Source: a virus
Lineage: Duplodnaviria > Heunggongvirae > Uroviricota > Caudoviricetes
Virus record (IMG/VR): IMGVR_UViG_2740892273_000013
DNA length: 39,288 nt
Direction: 5' to 3' (one strand)
Numbering within the stretch: position 1 is the first letter of the stretch; every line of letters starts with the position of its first letter. The translations under genes were made by a program, and so were the position numbers. Under the pieces are notes generated by a model. It was not told the origin of the DNA, did no database searches, and saw only the letters and a list, made by a program, of their open reading frames with translations. Positions 15,397-25,171 of this stretch are shown piece after piece.

Positions 15397-15930
15397 ATGA
15401 ACGCAAAAATCAGATACGGCCTGTCGGCTGCCGTTCTGGCACTGATTGCCGTCGGTGCGCCCGCGCCTGATATTCTCGACCAGTTTCTGGATGAAAAAGA
15501 AGGTAACCACACAACGGCATACCGCGATGGGTCCGGCATCTGGACCATCTGTCGGGGTGCCACGATGGTGGATGGAAAACCCGTTTTTCCCGGTATGAAA
15601 CTGTCGAAGGAAAAATGCGACCAGGTCAACGCCATTGAGCGTGATAAGGCGCTGGCATGGGTGGAGCGCAATATTAAAGTACCACTGACCGAGCCACAAA
15701 AAGCGGGTATCGCGTCATTTTGTCCCTATAACATTGGCCCCGGTAAGTGTTTTCCGTCGACGTTTTATAAGCGGCTGAATGCTGGTGATCGTAAAGGTGC
15801 ATGCGAGGCGATTCGCTGGTGGATAAAAGATGGTGGGCGCGATTGCCGCATACGTTCAAATAACTGCTATGGACAGGTTATTCGTCGTGACCAGGAAAGC
15901 GCATTAGCCTGTTGGGGGATAGATCAGTGA
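15397..15930 (+). CDS. R: SAR endolysin (phage 21 R21-like lysozyme)
   Basis: N-terminal Gly/Ala-rich signal-anchor ([16 protein letters not shown]) followed by lysozyme catalytic region ([13 protein letters not shown]). Confidence 0.85.
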   Translation: MNAKIRYGLSAAVLALIAVGAPAPDILDQFLDEKEGNHTTAYRDGSGIWTICRGATMVDGKPVFPGMKLSKEKCDQVNAIERDKALAWVERNIKVPLTEPQKAGIASFCPYNIGPGKCFPSTFYKRLNAGDRKGACEAIRWWIKDGGRDCRIRSNNCYGQVIRRDQESALACWGIDQ

Positions 15931-16394
15931 GCAGAGTCGCCGCGATTATTTATGCTCTGGTTATCTGCATCATCGTCTGCCTGTCGTGGGCGGTCAATCA
16001 TTACCGTGATAACGCCATCGCCTACAAAGAACAGCGTGATAAAAAAGTCAGTGAGCTGAAGCAGGCGACCGCCACCATTACTGACATGCAGCAACGCCAG
16101 CGTGCTGCTGATGTACTCGATGCTAAATACACGAAGGAGTTGGCTGATGCGAAAGCTGAAAATGATGCTCTTCGGCGCAAGCTTGATAATGGTGGTCGGG
16201 TGCTCGTCAAAGGAAAATGCTCTGTGCCATCCTCAGCCGAAACCTCCAGCGCCTCCGGCATGGGCAATGATGCCACCGTCGAACTCTCTCCAGTTGCTGG
16301 ACGAAACGTTCTCGGTATCCGGGACGGAATCATCAGAGACCAGACAGCACTGAGAACGCTTCAGGAATATATCAGGACGCAATGCCTTCGATGA
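15927..16394 (+). CDS. Rz: Rz i-spanin; GTG start overlapping endolysin stop
   Basis: N-terminal TM helix then coiled-coil-like sequence; GTGAGCAGAGTCGCC matches the lambda Rz start with GTG in place of ATG. Confidence 0.75.
   Translation: MSRVAAIIYALVICIIVCLSWAVNHYRDNAIAYKEQRDKKVSELKQATATITDMQQRQRAADVLDAKYTKELADAKAENDALRRKLDNGGRVLVKGKCSVPSSAETSSASGMGNDATVELSPVAGRNVLGIRDGIIRDQTALRTLQEYIRTQCLR
16147..16353 (+). CDS. Rz1: Rz1 o-spanin lipoprotein embedded in +1 frame within Rz
   Basis: Lipobox VVGC followed by Pro-rich sequence ([11 protein letters not shown]); entirely inside Rz. Confidence 0.7.
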   Translation: MRKLKMMLFGASLIMVVGCSSKENALCHPQPKPPAPPAWAMMPPSNSLQLLDETFSVSGTESSETRQH

Positions 16395-16568
16395 TAGCGA
16401 TAATTTTACTCATCATCCTTCACATTTGGCTCTGTAGACAGGGTGGTGATCACTTCTGGAGTGAATCCAGATTAAACATCTCATTGCTGATGCTTGAAGT
16501 TGAGCATCTGGCGCGCGGTAAGGGGCTGCGTTGAAATAAGAGCCAGTCATTAAAAATACCTGGATTTA

Positions 16569-16593
16569 GCCTCGCATTCGCGGGGCTTTTTAT
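16569..16593 (+). terminator. Terminator-like hairpin in the Rz-cos interval
   Basis: GCCTCGC-ATTC-GCGGGGC (one G-U pair) followed by TTTTTATT; a second hairpin AAGCCACTC / GAGTGGCTT follows at 16603-16629. Confidence 0.4.
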
Positions 16594-17023
16594 TGCCATT
16601 ACAAAAGCCACTCCCTACAGAGTGGCTTTGATAATGGCTTATACCCTACACGGGATAACTTAACTGATATCCCTTTTAACGGATAAAGGTATTCAAGCCT
16701 GACACATCATGCGCTGTATCGTCGCCGTATTCCCGTATTAACAGAGACCGTAGCCCGACGGGGAACTCCTTCTGCGAGAGTGTGCGGGAATAATCAAAAA
16801 CGATGCACACCGGGTTTTTACCGCGTTTATGGTTCGCGGGTTTGTCCCTCATGCTCGCCAGTCCTGTGCGGGGGTGGAAGAAACAGGATACTCACACAGA
16901 TTCTTGTGGGCACGATGCTATTCCTTTCTGGATTATCCCGATGCCATTCATGCAAGGCGCTGTATCAGACGTTCGTCATGTCTGTCAGGCTGACGGGTCC
17001 TCCCGGTGGAGTGGCCTGCCACG

Positions 17024-17035
17024 GGGCGGGAGCGT
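17024..17035 (+). other. cosN-like cohesive-end site with flanking cosQ/cosB
   Basis: ACG-GGGCGGGAGCGT-CGCGG aligns to lambda ACG-GGGCGGCGACCT-CGCGG recalled from memory; about 175 bp upstream of terminase small subunit, as in lambda. Confidence 0.5.
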
Positions 17036-17077
17036 CGCGGAAAAAGGCTAGTTTTTGAAATTTCATTCGTCATCACC

Positions 17078-17108
17078 ACCACTGTAATAGATTGATATTA
17101 CAGTGGTT
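17078..17108. repeat. Perfect 12-bp inverted repeat in cosB region
   Basis: ACCACTGTAATA-gattgat-TATTACAGTGGT followed by a T-rich tract. Confidence 0.6.
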
Positions 17109-17209
17109 TTGTTTTTATGGTGTCGATTTTGATTGTTTTTTGTTCATCACTAACACCGTTTGCCTAAAGTTGTTCGCGAGATGCATGTTTAAAACATTCT
17201 GGAGCGGGT

Positions 17210-17704
17210 ATGGATCGAGAGTTAAAAAATCTGACGCTGAATATCAGTCAACTGGCGGCACTGTCAGGTGTACATCGCCAGACTGCTGCGGCAAGGCTGC
17301 AAAATCTACCCGTTGCAGGGGGGCATGAAAGCAACCTCAAGCTTTATCGGGTGGTTGATATTGTGTCGGCATTTCTGGCATTGCCACCGCCGGTTGCAGA
17401 AGGCGAAATGGACGCGCATGAGCGCAAAGCCTGGTATCAGTCTGAACGTGAGCGTCTTAAGTTCGAACAGGAAACGGCACAACTCATTCCGGCCAGTGAT
17501 GTCAGACGGGAGTTTGCCATCTGGGCAAAAGCGGTCGTGCAGGTGCTGGAGACATTACCGGATATTCTGGAACGTGACTGCGGTCTGCAGCCTGCCGCTG
17601 TGAGCCGTGTTCAGTCCATTATTGATGATCTGCGCGATCAGATAGCCCTGCGGGTGACTGAAGCAGGTGCGGATGATGAGGAGGAATTACAGCAGGAGGA
17701 GTAA
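17210..17704 (+). CDS. Terminase small subunit (Nu1 position)
   Basis: First ORF downstream of cos; 164 aa with acidic C-terminus; abuts large subunit. Confidence 0.7.
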   Translation: MDRELKNLTLNISQLAALSGVHRQTAAARLQNLPVAGGHESNLKLYRVVDIVSAFLALPPPVAEGEMDAHERKAWYQSERERLKFEQETAQLIPASDVRREFAIWAKAVVQVLETLPDILERDCGLQPAAVSRVQSIIDDLRDQIALRVTEAGADDEEELQQEE

Positions 17705-19806
17705 TGCTGAATCAGGAAACCGCAAAGGCAGCACGAACCGATTCAGGTTATATCCTTCGCGCACCGAGACGAATGCGGGTTGCTGATGCCGTTGCTCAGT
17801 ATATGCGGGTGCCCATGGGGGCAGGGAACTCAGTCCCGTGGGATCCGCTGGTGGCACCGTATGTTATTGAGCCGATGAACTGCCTGGCCTCGCGTGAATA
17901 CGACGCAGTGATATTTGTTGGCCCGGCACGAACCGGCAAGACTATCGGCCTGATTGACGGCTGGGTGATTTACAACGTGATTTGCGATCCTGCTGATATG
18001 CTGATCATTCAGATGACGGAGGAAAAAGCCCGCGAACACTCCAAAAAACGACTCGCCAGAACGTTTCGCGTCAGCCCGGAAGTGGTCAGTCGCCTGAGTC
18101 CGAACAAAAATGACAACAACGTTTATGACAGAACATTCCTTGCTGGTAACTACCTGAAAATCGGCTGGCCGTCAGTCAATATCATGTCCTCATCAGATTA
18201 TAAATGCGTCGCGCTGACGGATTATGACCGTTTTCCGGAAGATATTGATGGCGAGGGGGATGCTTTCTCTCTTGCCTCAAAACGTACCACAACATTTATG
18301 TCCAGTGGTATGACGCTTGTGGAGAGTTCCCCCGGCAGGGATGTGAAGGATGTGAAATGGCGACGGACTTCACCGCATGAGGCTCCACCAACCACGGGGA
18401 TACTGTCGCTCTATAACCGTGGCGATCGCCGTCGCTGGTACTGGCCCTGTCCACACTGTGGTGAGTATTTTCAGCCCTGCGGCGATGTGGTTGCTGGTTT
18501 CCGTGATATTGCCGATCCCGTGCTGGCAAGTGAGGCGGCTTATATTCAGTGTCCTTCCTGTTCAGGACGGATTATGCCTGAACACAAACGTGAGCTGAAC
18601 GGACGTGGGGTCTGGTTGCGGGATGGTGAATCCATCAATGCGGATGGCAGTCGTTATGGTGATCCCCGACGCTCACGTATTGCGTCATTCTGGATGGAGG
18701 GTCCGGCAGCTGCTTACCAGACACTCTCGCAACTCGTTTACAAACTGCTTACTGCAGAACAGGAATACGAGACAACCGGAAGTGAAGAAACACTCAAGAC
18801 GGTTATCAATACCGACTGGGGATTACCTTATCTTCCCCGCGCCAGCATGGAGCAACGAAAAAGTGAACTGCTTGAGCAGCGGGCAGAGCCAGTTCCTTCC
18901 CGCAGTGTGCCGGATGGCGTTAATTTCCTTGTGGCGACAGTGGATGTGCAGGCGGGACGTCATCGCCGTTTTGTGGTTCAGGTAACGGGCTATGGCAGCC
19001 GTGGCGAACGCTGGATTATTGATCGTTACAACATCACGCAGTCATTGCGCGGTGACAGCGACGGGGAGAGCCAGCGAATTGATCCGGCCAGCTATCCGGA
19101 AGACTGGGATGTCCTGCTGACGGATGTTTTTCATAAAAGCTGGCCGCTGGCCTCCGATCCTTCTCAACAAATGCGACTGATGGCAATGGCGGTGGACTCC
19201 GGCGGTGAAGACGGGGTCACTGATAATGCCTATAAATTCTGGCGTCGTTGCCGTCGTGATGGCCTTGGTAAACGTATTTACCTGTTTAAGGGCGACAGCA
19301 TCCGGCGCGCAAAACTGATCACCCGTACATTCCCTGATAACACCGGACGAACGGGCCGACGGGCGCAGGCCGCAGGTGATGTGCCGCTCTGGCTTCTTCA
19401 GACGGATGCACTGAAAGACCGGGTGAATAACGCGTTATGGCGTGACTCGCCAGGTCCCGGCTATGTGCATTTCCCTGACTGGCTGGGGAGCTGGTTTTAC
19501 GACGAACTGACGTATGAAGAGCGGAGCAGTGACGGGAAATGGAGTAAGCCGGGTCGCGGTGCCAACGAAGCTTTTGACCTGATGGTGTATGCCGAGGCTC
19601 TGGTCATTCTGCATGGATACGAAAAGATCCGCTGGCCGGATGCACCGGAGTGGGCGAGCCGGGAAACCTGGCTGGAGTGTGTCCCGGACAGTACCGAACC
19701 GTCACCCTCACCGGAACCGGTATCCACGCCTGTTAAAAAACAAAAACGGAAGAAAACAGTAACTGACGATGTTAACCCCTGGCTGACTTCCGGAGGATGG
19801 TTATGA
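17704..19806 (+). CDS. A: Terminase large subunit (lambda gpA-like)
   Basis: 700-aa translation; WPCPHCGEYFQ aligns with lambda A VACPHCGEEQ region recalled from memory. Confidence 0.85.
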   Translation: MLNQETAKAARTDSGYILRAPRRMRVADAVAQYMRVPMGAGNSVPWDPLVAPYVIEPMNCLASREYDAVIFVGPARTGKTIGLIDGWVIYNVICDPADMLIIQMTEEKAREHSKKRLARTFRVSPEVVSRLSPNKNDNNVYDRTFLAGNYLKIGWPSVNIMSSSDYKCVALTDYDRFPEDIDGEGDAFSLASKRTTTFMSSGMTLVESSPGRDVKDVKWRRTSPHEAPPTTGILSLYNRGDRRRWYWPCPHCGEYFQPCGDVVAGFRDIADPVLASEAAYIQCPSCSGRIMPEHKRELNGRGVWLRDGESINADGSRYGDPRRSRIASFWMEGPAAAYQTLSQLVYKLLTAEQEYETTGSEETLKTVINTDWGLPYLPRASMEQRKSELLEQRAEPVPSRSVPDGVNFLVATVDVQAGRHRRFVVQVTGYGSRGERWIIDRYNITQSLRGDSDGESQRIDPASYPEDWDVLLTDVFHKSWPLASDPSQQMRLMAMAVDSGGEDGVTDNAYKFWRRCRRDGLGKRIYLFKGDSIRRAKLITRTFPDNTGRTGRRAQAAGDVPLWLLQTDALKDRVNNALWRDSPGPGYVHFPDWLGSWFYDELTYEERSSDGKWSKPGRGANEAFDLMVYAEALVILHGYEKIRWPDAPEWASRETWLECVPDSTEPSPSPEPVSTPVKKQKRKKTVTDDVNPWLTSGGWL

Positions 19807-20015
19807 ACCAGAATGATATTGAAGCCATGATTCAGCGTTATACGGAAGCTGAAATGGCGGTGCTGGACGGAAAATCCGTCACCTTTAATGGTCAGCAGAT
19901 GACCATGGAAAACTTATCTGAGATCCGGCAGGGACGGCAGGAGTGGGAGCGCCGCCTTGCGGCTCTGATTACACGACGACGGGGGCATCCCGGGTACCGG
20001 CTGGCGAGGTTCTGA
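19803..20015 (+). CDS. W: gpW-like head-tail connector protein (alternative start 19797)
   Basis: C-terminal RRRGHPGY resembles lambda W RRRGPAGF; overlaps terminase stop and portal start. Confidence 0.65.
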   Translation: MNQNDIEAMIQRYTEAEMAVLDGKSVTFNGQQMTMENLSEIRQGRQEWERRLAALITRRRGHPGYRLARF

Positions 20016-21523
20016 TGGCAATTCTTGATGATGTGATTGGCGTTTTTTCACCAGGATGGAAAGCGGCAAGGCTGCGTTCCCGTGCGGTGATCCAGGCTTA
20101 TGAGGCCGTAAAAACGACGCGGACACACAAAGGCCGGCGGGAAAACCGAACTGCCGACCAGTTAAGCCAGTACGGGGCCGTGTCGTTACGTGAGCAGGCC
20201 CGTTACCTTGATAACAACCACGATCTGGTTATTGGTGTATTTGACAAGCTGGAAGAACGGGTGGTGGGGAAAAACGGGATTATTGTCGAGCCACATCCGG
20301 TATTACGCAATGGGGCCATTGCCCGTGACCTGGCTGCGGAGATTCGCACCCGATGGAGTGAATGGTCTGTCAGCCCGGAAGTCACCGGGCAGTTTACCCG
20401 TCCGATGCTGGAACGTCTGATGCTGCGTACCTGGCTGCGCGATGGTGAGGTGTTTGCCCAGATGGTTTCCGGGCGCATAAACAGCCTGACGCCTTCTGCC
20501 GGTGTTCATTTCTGGCTGGAGGCGCTCGAGCCGGACTTTATTCCCATGACCAGTGATGAGAGCAACAGGCTGAATCAGGGCGTGTTTGTTGATGACTGGG
20601 GGCGTCCCGAAAAATATCTGGTGTATAAAAGCCGTCCCGTATCCGGACGGCAGATGGAAACCAAAGAAGTGGATGCAGAGCGAATGCTGCATCTTAAATT
20701 TGTTCGCCGTCTGCACCAGATGCGCGGGACGTCTTTGTTGTCCGGTGTGCTGATCCGCCTCAGTGCCCTGAAAGATTATGAAGATTATGAGCTGACTGCA
20801 GCAAGGATCGCCGCTGCTCTGGGGATGTACATCCGCAAAGGCGACGGGCAGAGCTATGAACCGGATGGTAATGGCAGCAAGGATAAGGAACGCGAGCTTA
20901 CCATTCAGCCAGGCATTATTTACGACGATCTGAAACCCGGCGAAGAAATCGGAATGGTGAAGTCGGATCGCCCCAATCCTAACCTTGAAACTTTTCGTAA
21001 TGGTCAGTTGCGTGCCGTGGCGGCGGGCAGTCGTCTGAGTTTTTCCAGTACAGCGCGCAACTATAACGGCACTTACAGCGCCCAGCGTCAGGAGCTGGTT
21101 GAATCTACTGATGGCTACCTGATCCTGCAGGACTGGTTTATTGGTGCCGTCACCCGCCCGATGTATCGTGCATGGCTGAAACAGGCTGTGGCATCCGGTG
21201 TTATCAGGCTACCCCGCGATCTTGACCGTTCTTCACTGTATACCGCGGTGTATTCCGGACCGGTGATGCCGTGGATTGACCCTGTTAAGGAGGCTGAGGC
21301 CTGGAAAATCCAGATTCGTGGTGGAGCGGCGACAGAATCAGACTGGGTACGTGCAGGTGGTCGTAATCCGGATGATGTCAAACGTCGGCGCAAGGCCGAA
21401 ATTGATGAAAACCGCAAGCTGGATCTGGTATTTGATACCGATCCGGCCAGTGATAAAGGAGGCAGCAGTGCCGCAACGAAACGACAGGAGCCGCAGCACA
21501 CCGACGACCAGTCCGAAGAATAA
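20015..21523 (+). CDS. B: Portal protein (lambda gpB position)
   Basis: 502-aa ORF after W; start ATG overlaps W stop (TGATG). Confidence 0.75.
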   Translation: MAILDDVIGVFSPGWKAARLRSRAVIQAYEAVKTTRTHKGRRENRTADQLSQYGAVSLREQARYLDNNHDLVIGVFDKLEERVVGKNGIIVEPHPVLRNGAIARDLAAEIRTRWSEWSVSPEVTGQFTRPMLERLMLRTWLRDGEVFAQMVSGRINSLTPSAGVHFWLEALEPDFIPMTSDESNRLNQGVFVDDWGRPEKYLVYKSRPVSGRQMETKEVDAERMLHLKFVRRLHQMRGTSLLSGVLIRLSALKDYEDYELTAARIAAALGMYIRKGDGQSYEPDGNGSKDKERELTIQPGIIYDDLKPGEEIGMVKSDRPNPNLETFRNGQLRAVAAGSRLSFSSTARNYNGTYSAQRQELVESTDGYLILQDWFIGAVTRPMYRAWLKQAVASGVIRLPRDLDRSSLYTAVYSGPVMPWIDPVKEAEAWKIQIRGGAATESDWVRAGGRNPDDVKRRRKAEIDENRKLDLVFDTDPASDKGGSSAATKRQEPQHTDDQSEE

Positions 21524-21536
21524 TTCCTGGTTCAGG

Positions 21537-23495
21537 ATGCAGGCTGGTCACCAGAGTGACGCGGATATTTATATTTATGACGAGATTGGTTTCTGGGGTG
21601 TTACAGCGAAGCAGTTTATCAGTGATCTGAATGCACTGGGCGATATCACCCACATTAATCTCCATATTAATTCACCGGGTGGCGATGTCTTTGAAGGCAT
21701 CGCCATTTTTAATGCGCTGAAAACACATGGTGCGTCCATTACCGTTTATGTCGACGGTGTGGCGGCGTCAATGGCGTCGGTCATTGCGATGGTGGGAAAC
21801 CCGGTCATTATGCCGGAAAACACCTTCATGATGATTCATAAACCATTTGGCTTTACGGGCGGTGATGCGGAGGACATGCGCACCTATGCCGACCTGCTCG
21901 ATAAGGTTGAGGCGGTTCTGTTACCCGCTTATGCACAGAAAACCGGGAAAACCACCGATGAAATTGCTGCCATGCTGGCGGATGAGACCTGGATGTCCGG
22001 TGCCGAATGTCTGGCACAGGGATTTGCTGATCAGGTGACGCCAGCCGTTAAGGCAATGGCATGTATTCAGTCAAAACGTACAGAGGAATTTAAAAAGATG
22101 CCGGAATCCATTCGAAACATGATTACTCCGCCACGCAACAGTGCTCCACGCGTACAGGATGATGAACCTGCAGCCTCCCGGACGCCAGTGCAGGCAGCAG
22201 CACCCGTGGTGGATGAAAACAGTATCCGTGCGCAGGTACTGGCAGAGCAAAAAGCGCGTGTAAACGGTATTAATGATCTGTTTGCCATGTTTGGCGGGCG
22301 TTATCAGACGCTGCAGGCTCAGTGTCTTGCCGATCCTGAATGTTCGCTGGAGCAGGCCCGCGAAAAGCTGTTGAACGAGATGGGGCGCGAGTCCACGCCA
22401 TCCAATAAAAATACCCCGGCTCATATTTATGCCGGAAACGGTAATTTTGTGGGGGACGGGATCCGCCAGGCGCTGATGGCGCGTGCCGGATTTGAAAAAA
22501 CCGAACGTGATAATGTCTACAACGGGATGACCCTGCGTGAATATGCCCGTATGTCACTGACTGAACGGGGTATTGGGGTTTCCAGTTATAACCCGATGCA
22601 GATGGTCGGTGCGGCGTTCACACACAGTACGTCTGACTTCGGTAATATTCTGCTGGATGTTGCGAACAAAGCCATTCTGCAGGGCTGGGAAGATGCCCCT
22701 GAAACCTATGAACAGTGGACGCGGAAAGGTCAGTTGTCTGATTTTAAAATTGCCCATCGTGTGGGTATGGGGGGCTTCAGTGCTCTGCGTCAGGTGCGTG
22801 AAGGGGCGGAATATAAATACGTCACCACCGGAGATAAACAGGCCACTATTGCACTGGCGACCTATGGCGAGCTGTTCAGTATCACCCGTCAGGCCATTAT
22901 CAATGATGATCTGAATATGCTGACCGATGTCCCGATGAAACTGGGCCGTGCGGCGAAATCCACTATTGCCGATCTGGTTTATGCCATTCTGACGTCTAAC
23001 CCGAAAATCTCCACAGATAATGTAAGTCTGTTCGATAAAGCGAAACATGCAAACGTACTGGATAGCGCTGCAATGGACGTGGCATCGCTGGATAAAGCCC
23101 GCCAGTTGATGCGCGTTCAGAAAGAGGGGGAGCGTCATCTGAATATTCGTCCTGCGTTCGTACTGGTACCGACGGCGATGGAGTCTGTTGCTAACCAGGT
23201 CATTCGCTCCTCAAGTGTCAAGGGGGCCGACATTAACGCCGGTATTATTAACCCGGTGAAAGATTTTGCGACCGTTATTGCAGAGCCTCGTCTTGATGAT
23301 AACAGCCAGACCACCTTCTACCTGGCTGCGTCAAAAGGCTCCGATACGATTGAAGTGGCTTATCTCAACGGTGTGGATACGCCATATATTGATCAGATGG
23401 AGGGCTTCAGTGTGGATGGCGTGACAACGAAAGTGCGTATTGACGCCGGTGTCGCGCCAGTTGATCACCGCGGTCTGGTGAAATGTACGGCGTAA
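21537..23495 (+). CDS. Fused prohead protease (ClpP/S49-like), scaffold linker and major capsid protein; start codon uncertain
   Basis: N-terminal IYIYDEIGFWG and INSPGGDV protease-type motifs, central low-complexity linker, C-terminal ~350 aa capsid-like; one continuous frame. Confidence 0.7.
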   Translation: MQAGHQSDADIYIYDEIGFWGVTAKQFISDLNALGDITHINLHINSPGGDVFEGIAIFNALKTHGASITVYVDGVAASMASVIAMVGNPVIMPENTFMMIHKPFGFTGGDAEDMRTYADLLDKVEAVLLPAYAQKTGKTTDEIAAMLADETWMSGAECLAQGFADQVTPAVKAMACIQSKRTEEFKKMPESIRNMITPPRNSAPRVQDDEPAASRTPVQAAAPVVDENSIRAQVLAEQKARVNGINDLFAMFGGRYQTLQAQCLADPECSLEQAREKLLNEMGRESTPSNKNTPAHIYAGNGNFVGDGIRQALMARAGFEKTERDNVYNGMTLREYARMSLTERGIGVSSYNPMQMVGAAFTHSTSDFGNILLDVANKAILQGWEDAPETYEQWTRKGQLSDFKIAHRVGMGGFSALRQVREGAEYKYVTTGDKQATIALATYGELFSITRQAIINDDLNMLTDVPMKLGRAAKSTIADLVYAILTSNPKISTDNVSLFDKAKHANVLDSAAMDVASLDKARQLMRVQKEGERHLNIRPAFVLVPTAMESVANQVIRSSSVKGADINAGIINPVKDFATVIAEPRLDDNSQTTFYLAASKGSDTIEVAYLNGVDTPYIDQMEGFSVDGVTTKVRIDAGVAPVDHRGLVKCTA

Positions 23496-23518
23496 ACGTC
23501 GCAGACAACAACTCTGAT

Positions 23519-23538
23519 GGCCCGTAAGGGCTTTTTTT
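23519..23538 (+). terminator. Weak terminator-like hairpin after capsid gene, followed by a second stem-loop at 23550-23568
   Basis: GGCCC-GTAA-GGGC then TTTTTTT; CAGCCCC-TGAAC-GGGGCTG without T-run. Confidence 0.35.
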
Positions 23539-23581
23539 GTACCTGAAATCAGCCCCTGAACGGGGCTGTGCGGAGACAGTT

Positions 23582-23905
23582 ATGGCAAAGAATTTTGTAG
23601 AAGAAGGAAAAACGGTGGCGATTGTTGCCAGTGCAGCCATCAGCAGCGGAGATCTGGTGCAGGTGGGTGATGTTTTTGCGGTGGCACTGACCGATATTCC
23701 ACAGGGTGAAACAGGCGACGGCCTGACCGAAGGTGTGTTTATGCTGCCTAAGCTGAAAACGGATGACATGAAAACGGGTAAGAAGGTTTATCTGAAGTCC
23801 GGAAAAGTTCAGCTGACTAACAGCGGCTCTGATCCGCTGGTCGGGGTTGTCTGGGCAGATGCCGGAACCAGTGCAGAAGAAGTGCCGGTAAAACTCAATG
23901 TCTGA
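23582..23905 (+). CDS. Small head/neck structural protein (107 aa), possibly decoration or DUF2190-like
   Basis: GGAG-preceded ATG directly after capsid gene; family call is a guess. Confidence 0.4.
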   Translation: MAKNFVEEGKTVAIVASAAISSGDLVQVGDVFAVALTDIPQGETGDGLTEGVFMLPKLKTDDMKTGKKVYLKSGKVQLTNSGSDPLVGVVWADAGTSAEEVPVKLNV

Positions 23906-24173
23906 TCCCTTTTCCCGGCTGGCAGCGCGTATGGATGCGATCACGGTCAGAAAGATGGGAAAGACAGCCTCGATTAATGATGTCGATATGACTGTGATCC
24001 CGGGAGAAACACTGGCAGAGCTGAATGCTCTGTCCGGACCTGCGGTCTCTCTGGTGGTGTTTTCTTCGGGATACCGCCCACGGCGCGGGGATCGCGTTGT
24101 TTATGACGGACAACAATGGACGGTCACACGGCATGAACGCTTTAACGGTAAGCCAATGATCTTTATTGAGTAA
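23898..24173 (+). CDS. Small head-tail joining protein (91 aa)
   Basis: 8-nt overlap with upstream gene; position between capsid module and gpZ homologue. Confidence 0.45.
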   Translation: MSDPFSRLAARMDAITVRKMGKTASINDVDMTVIPGETLAELNALSGPAVSLVVFSSGYRPRRGDRVVYDGQQWTVTRHERFNGKPMIFIE

Positions 24174-24184
24174 AGAGGTGTGGG

Positions 24185-24763
24185 ATGAAGGGGCTTGAGA
24201 ATGCCATCCGCAATCTGAACAGCCTTGATACCCGTATGGTGCCACAGGCCAGCGCATGGGCGATAAACCGTGTGGCACAGAAAGCGGTCTCGGTTGCCAC
24301 CCGGCAGGTTGCCGGGAATACCGTTGCGGGAGATAACCAGGTGAAAGGGATCCCCCTGAAACTGGTACGTCAGCGTGTCCGGGTGTTTAAAGCCAGTCCG
24401 TCAGGAAAAATGACGGCCAGGATCCGCGTTAACCGGGGCAATCTGCCCGCCATTAAGCTGGGGACAGCCCGGGTCAGACTGGCCCGGCGTGGTGGAAAAC
24501 TGCAGTACCGTGGCAGTGTGCTGAAGGTGGGTAAATATCTTTTCCGGGATGCGTTTATTCAGCAACTGGCGAATGGTCGCTGGCATGTGATGCGGCGTAT
24601 TGATGGCAAAAATCGTTACCCCATTGATGTGGTGAAAATCCCGCTGTCCGGACCGCTGACACAGGCATTTGAAGATGCCCGCGACCGCATCATTGCTGCG
24701 GAAATGCCGAAACAGCTGGGGTATGCACTGAAACAACAACTGAGGTTATGGCTGACCCGATGA
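24185..24763 (+). CDS. Z: Tail completion protein gpZ homologue
   Basis: 192 aa; FIQQLxNGRWHVMxRxxGKNRYPIDVVKIP matches lambda Z as recalled. Confidence 0.85.
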   Translation: MKGLENAIRNLNSLDTRMVPQASAWAINRVAQKAVSVATRQVAGNTVAGDNQVKGIPLKLVRQRVRVFKASPSGKMTARIRVNRGNLPAIKLGTARVRLARRGGKLQYRGSVLKVGKYLFRDAFIQQLANGRWHVMRRIDGKNRYPIDVVKIPLSGPLTQAFEDARDRIIAAEMPKQLGYALKQQLRLWLTR

Positions 24764-25161
24764 ACCGACATACACAAATCCGCCAGGTCGTACTGGCACG
24801 CCTTCGGGAACAGTGTGGAGACAGCGCCACGTTTTTTGACGGGCTTCCGGCATTTGTTGATGCGCAGGAACTGCCTGCCGTGGCGGTGTGGCTGAGTGAT
24901 GCTCAGTACACCGGAAAAATGACGGATGAAGATGACTGGCAGGCTGTTCTGCATATTGCTGTCTTCATCCGGGCACAGGCACCGGATTCAGAGCTGGATA
25001 TGTGGATGGAGAGCACCATTTTCCCGGCCTTGAATGATGTACCAGCACTTTCCGGACTCATCGACACCCTGATCCCACTCGGTTTTAACTATCAACGTGA
25101 TAATGAGATGGCCACCTGGGCGATGGCGGAAATCACGTACCAGATCACGTACACGAATTAA
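24748..25161 (+). CDS. U: Tail terminator protein gpU homologue
   Basis: ATFFDG, PAVAVWL, AQYTG and PDSELDMWMES motifs match lambda U. Confidence 0.85.
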   Translation: MADPMNRHTQIRQVVLARLREQCGDSATFFDGLPAFVDAQELPAVAVWLSDAQYTGKMTDEDDWQAVLHIAVFIRAQAPDSELDMWMESTIFPALNDVPALSGLIDTLIPLGFNYQRDNEMATWAMAEITYQITYTN

Positions 25162-25171
25162 GGAGGTGGTA

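Noticed and set aside
16780-17058. 92-aa and 82-aa ORFs just upstream of cosN
   Set aside because: They overlap the cosQ/cosN-like sequence, lack an RBS and have Cys/Arg/Gly-rich composition; most likely non-coding
21847-23138. Several plus- and minus-strand ORFs nested in the protease-capsid gene
   Set aside because: All overlap a strongly supported capsid frame and show no RBS or sensible protein composition
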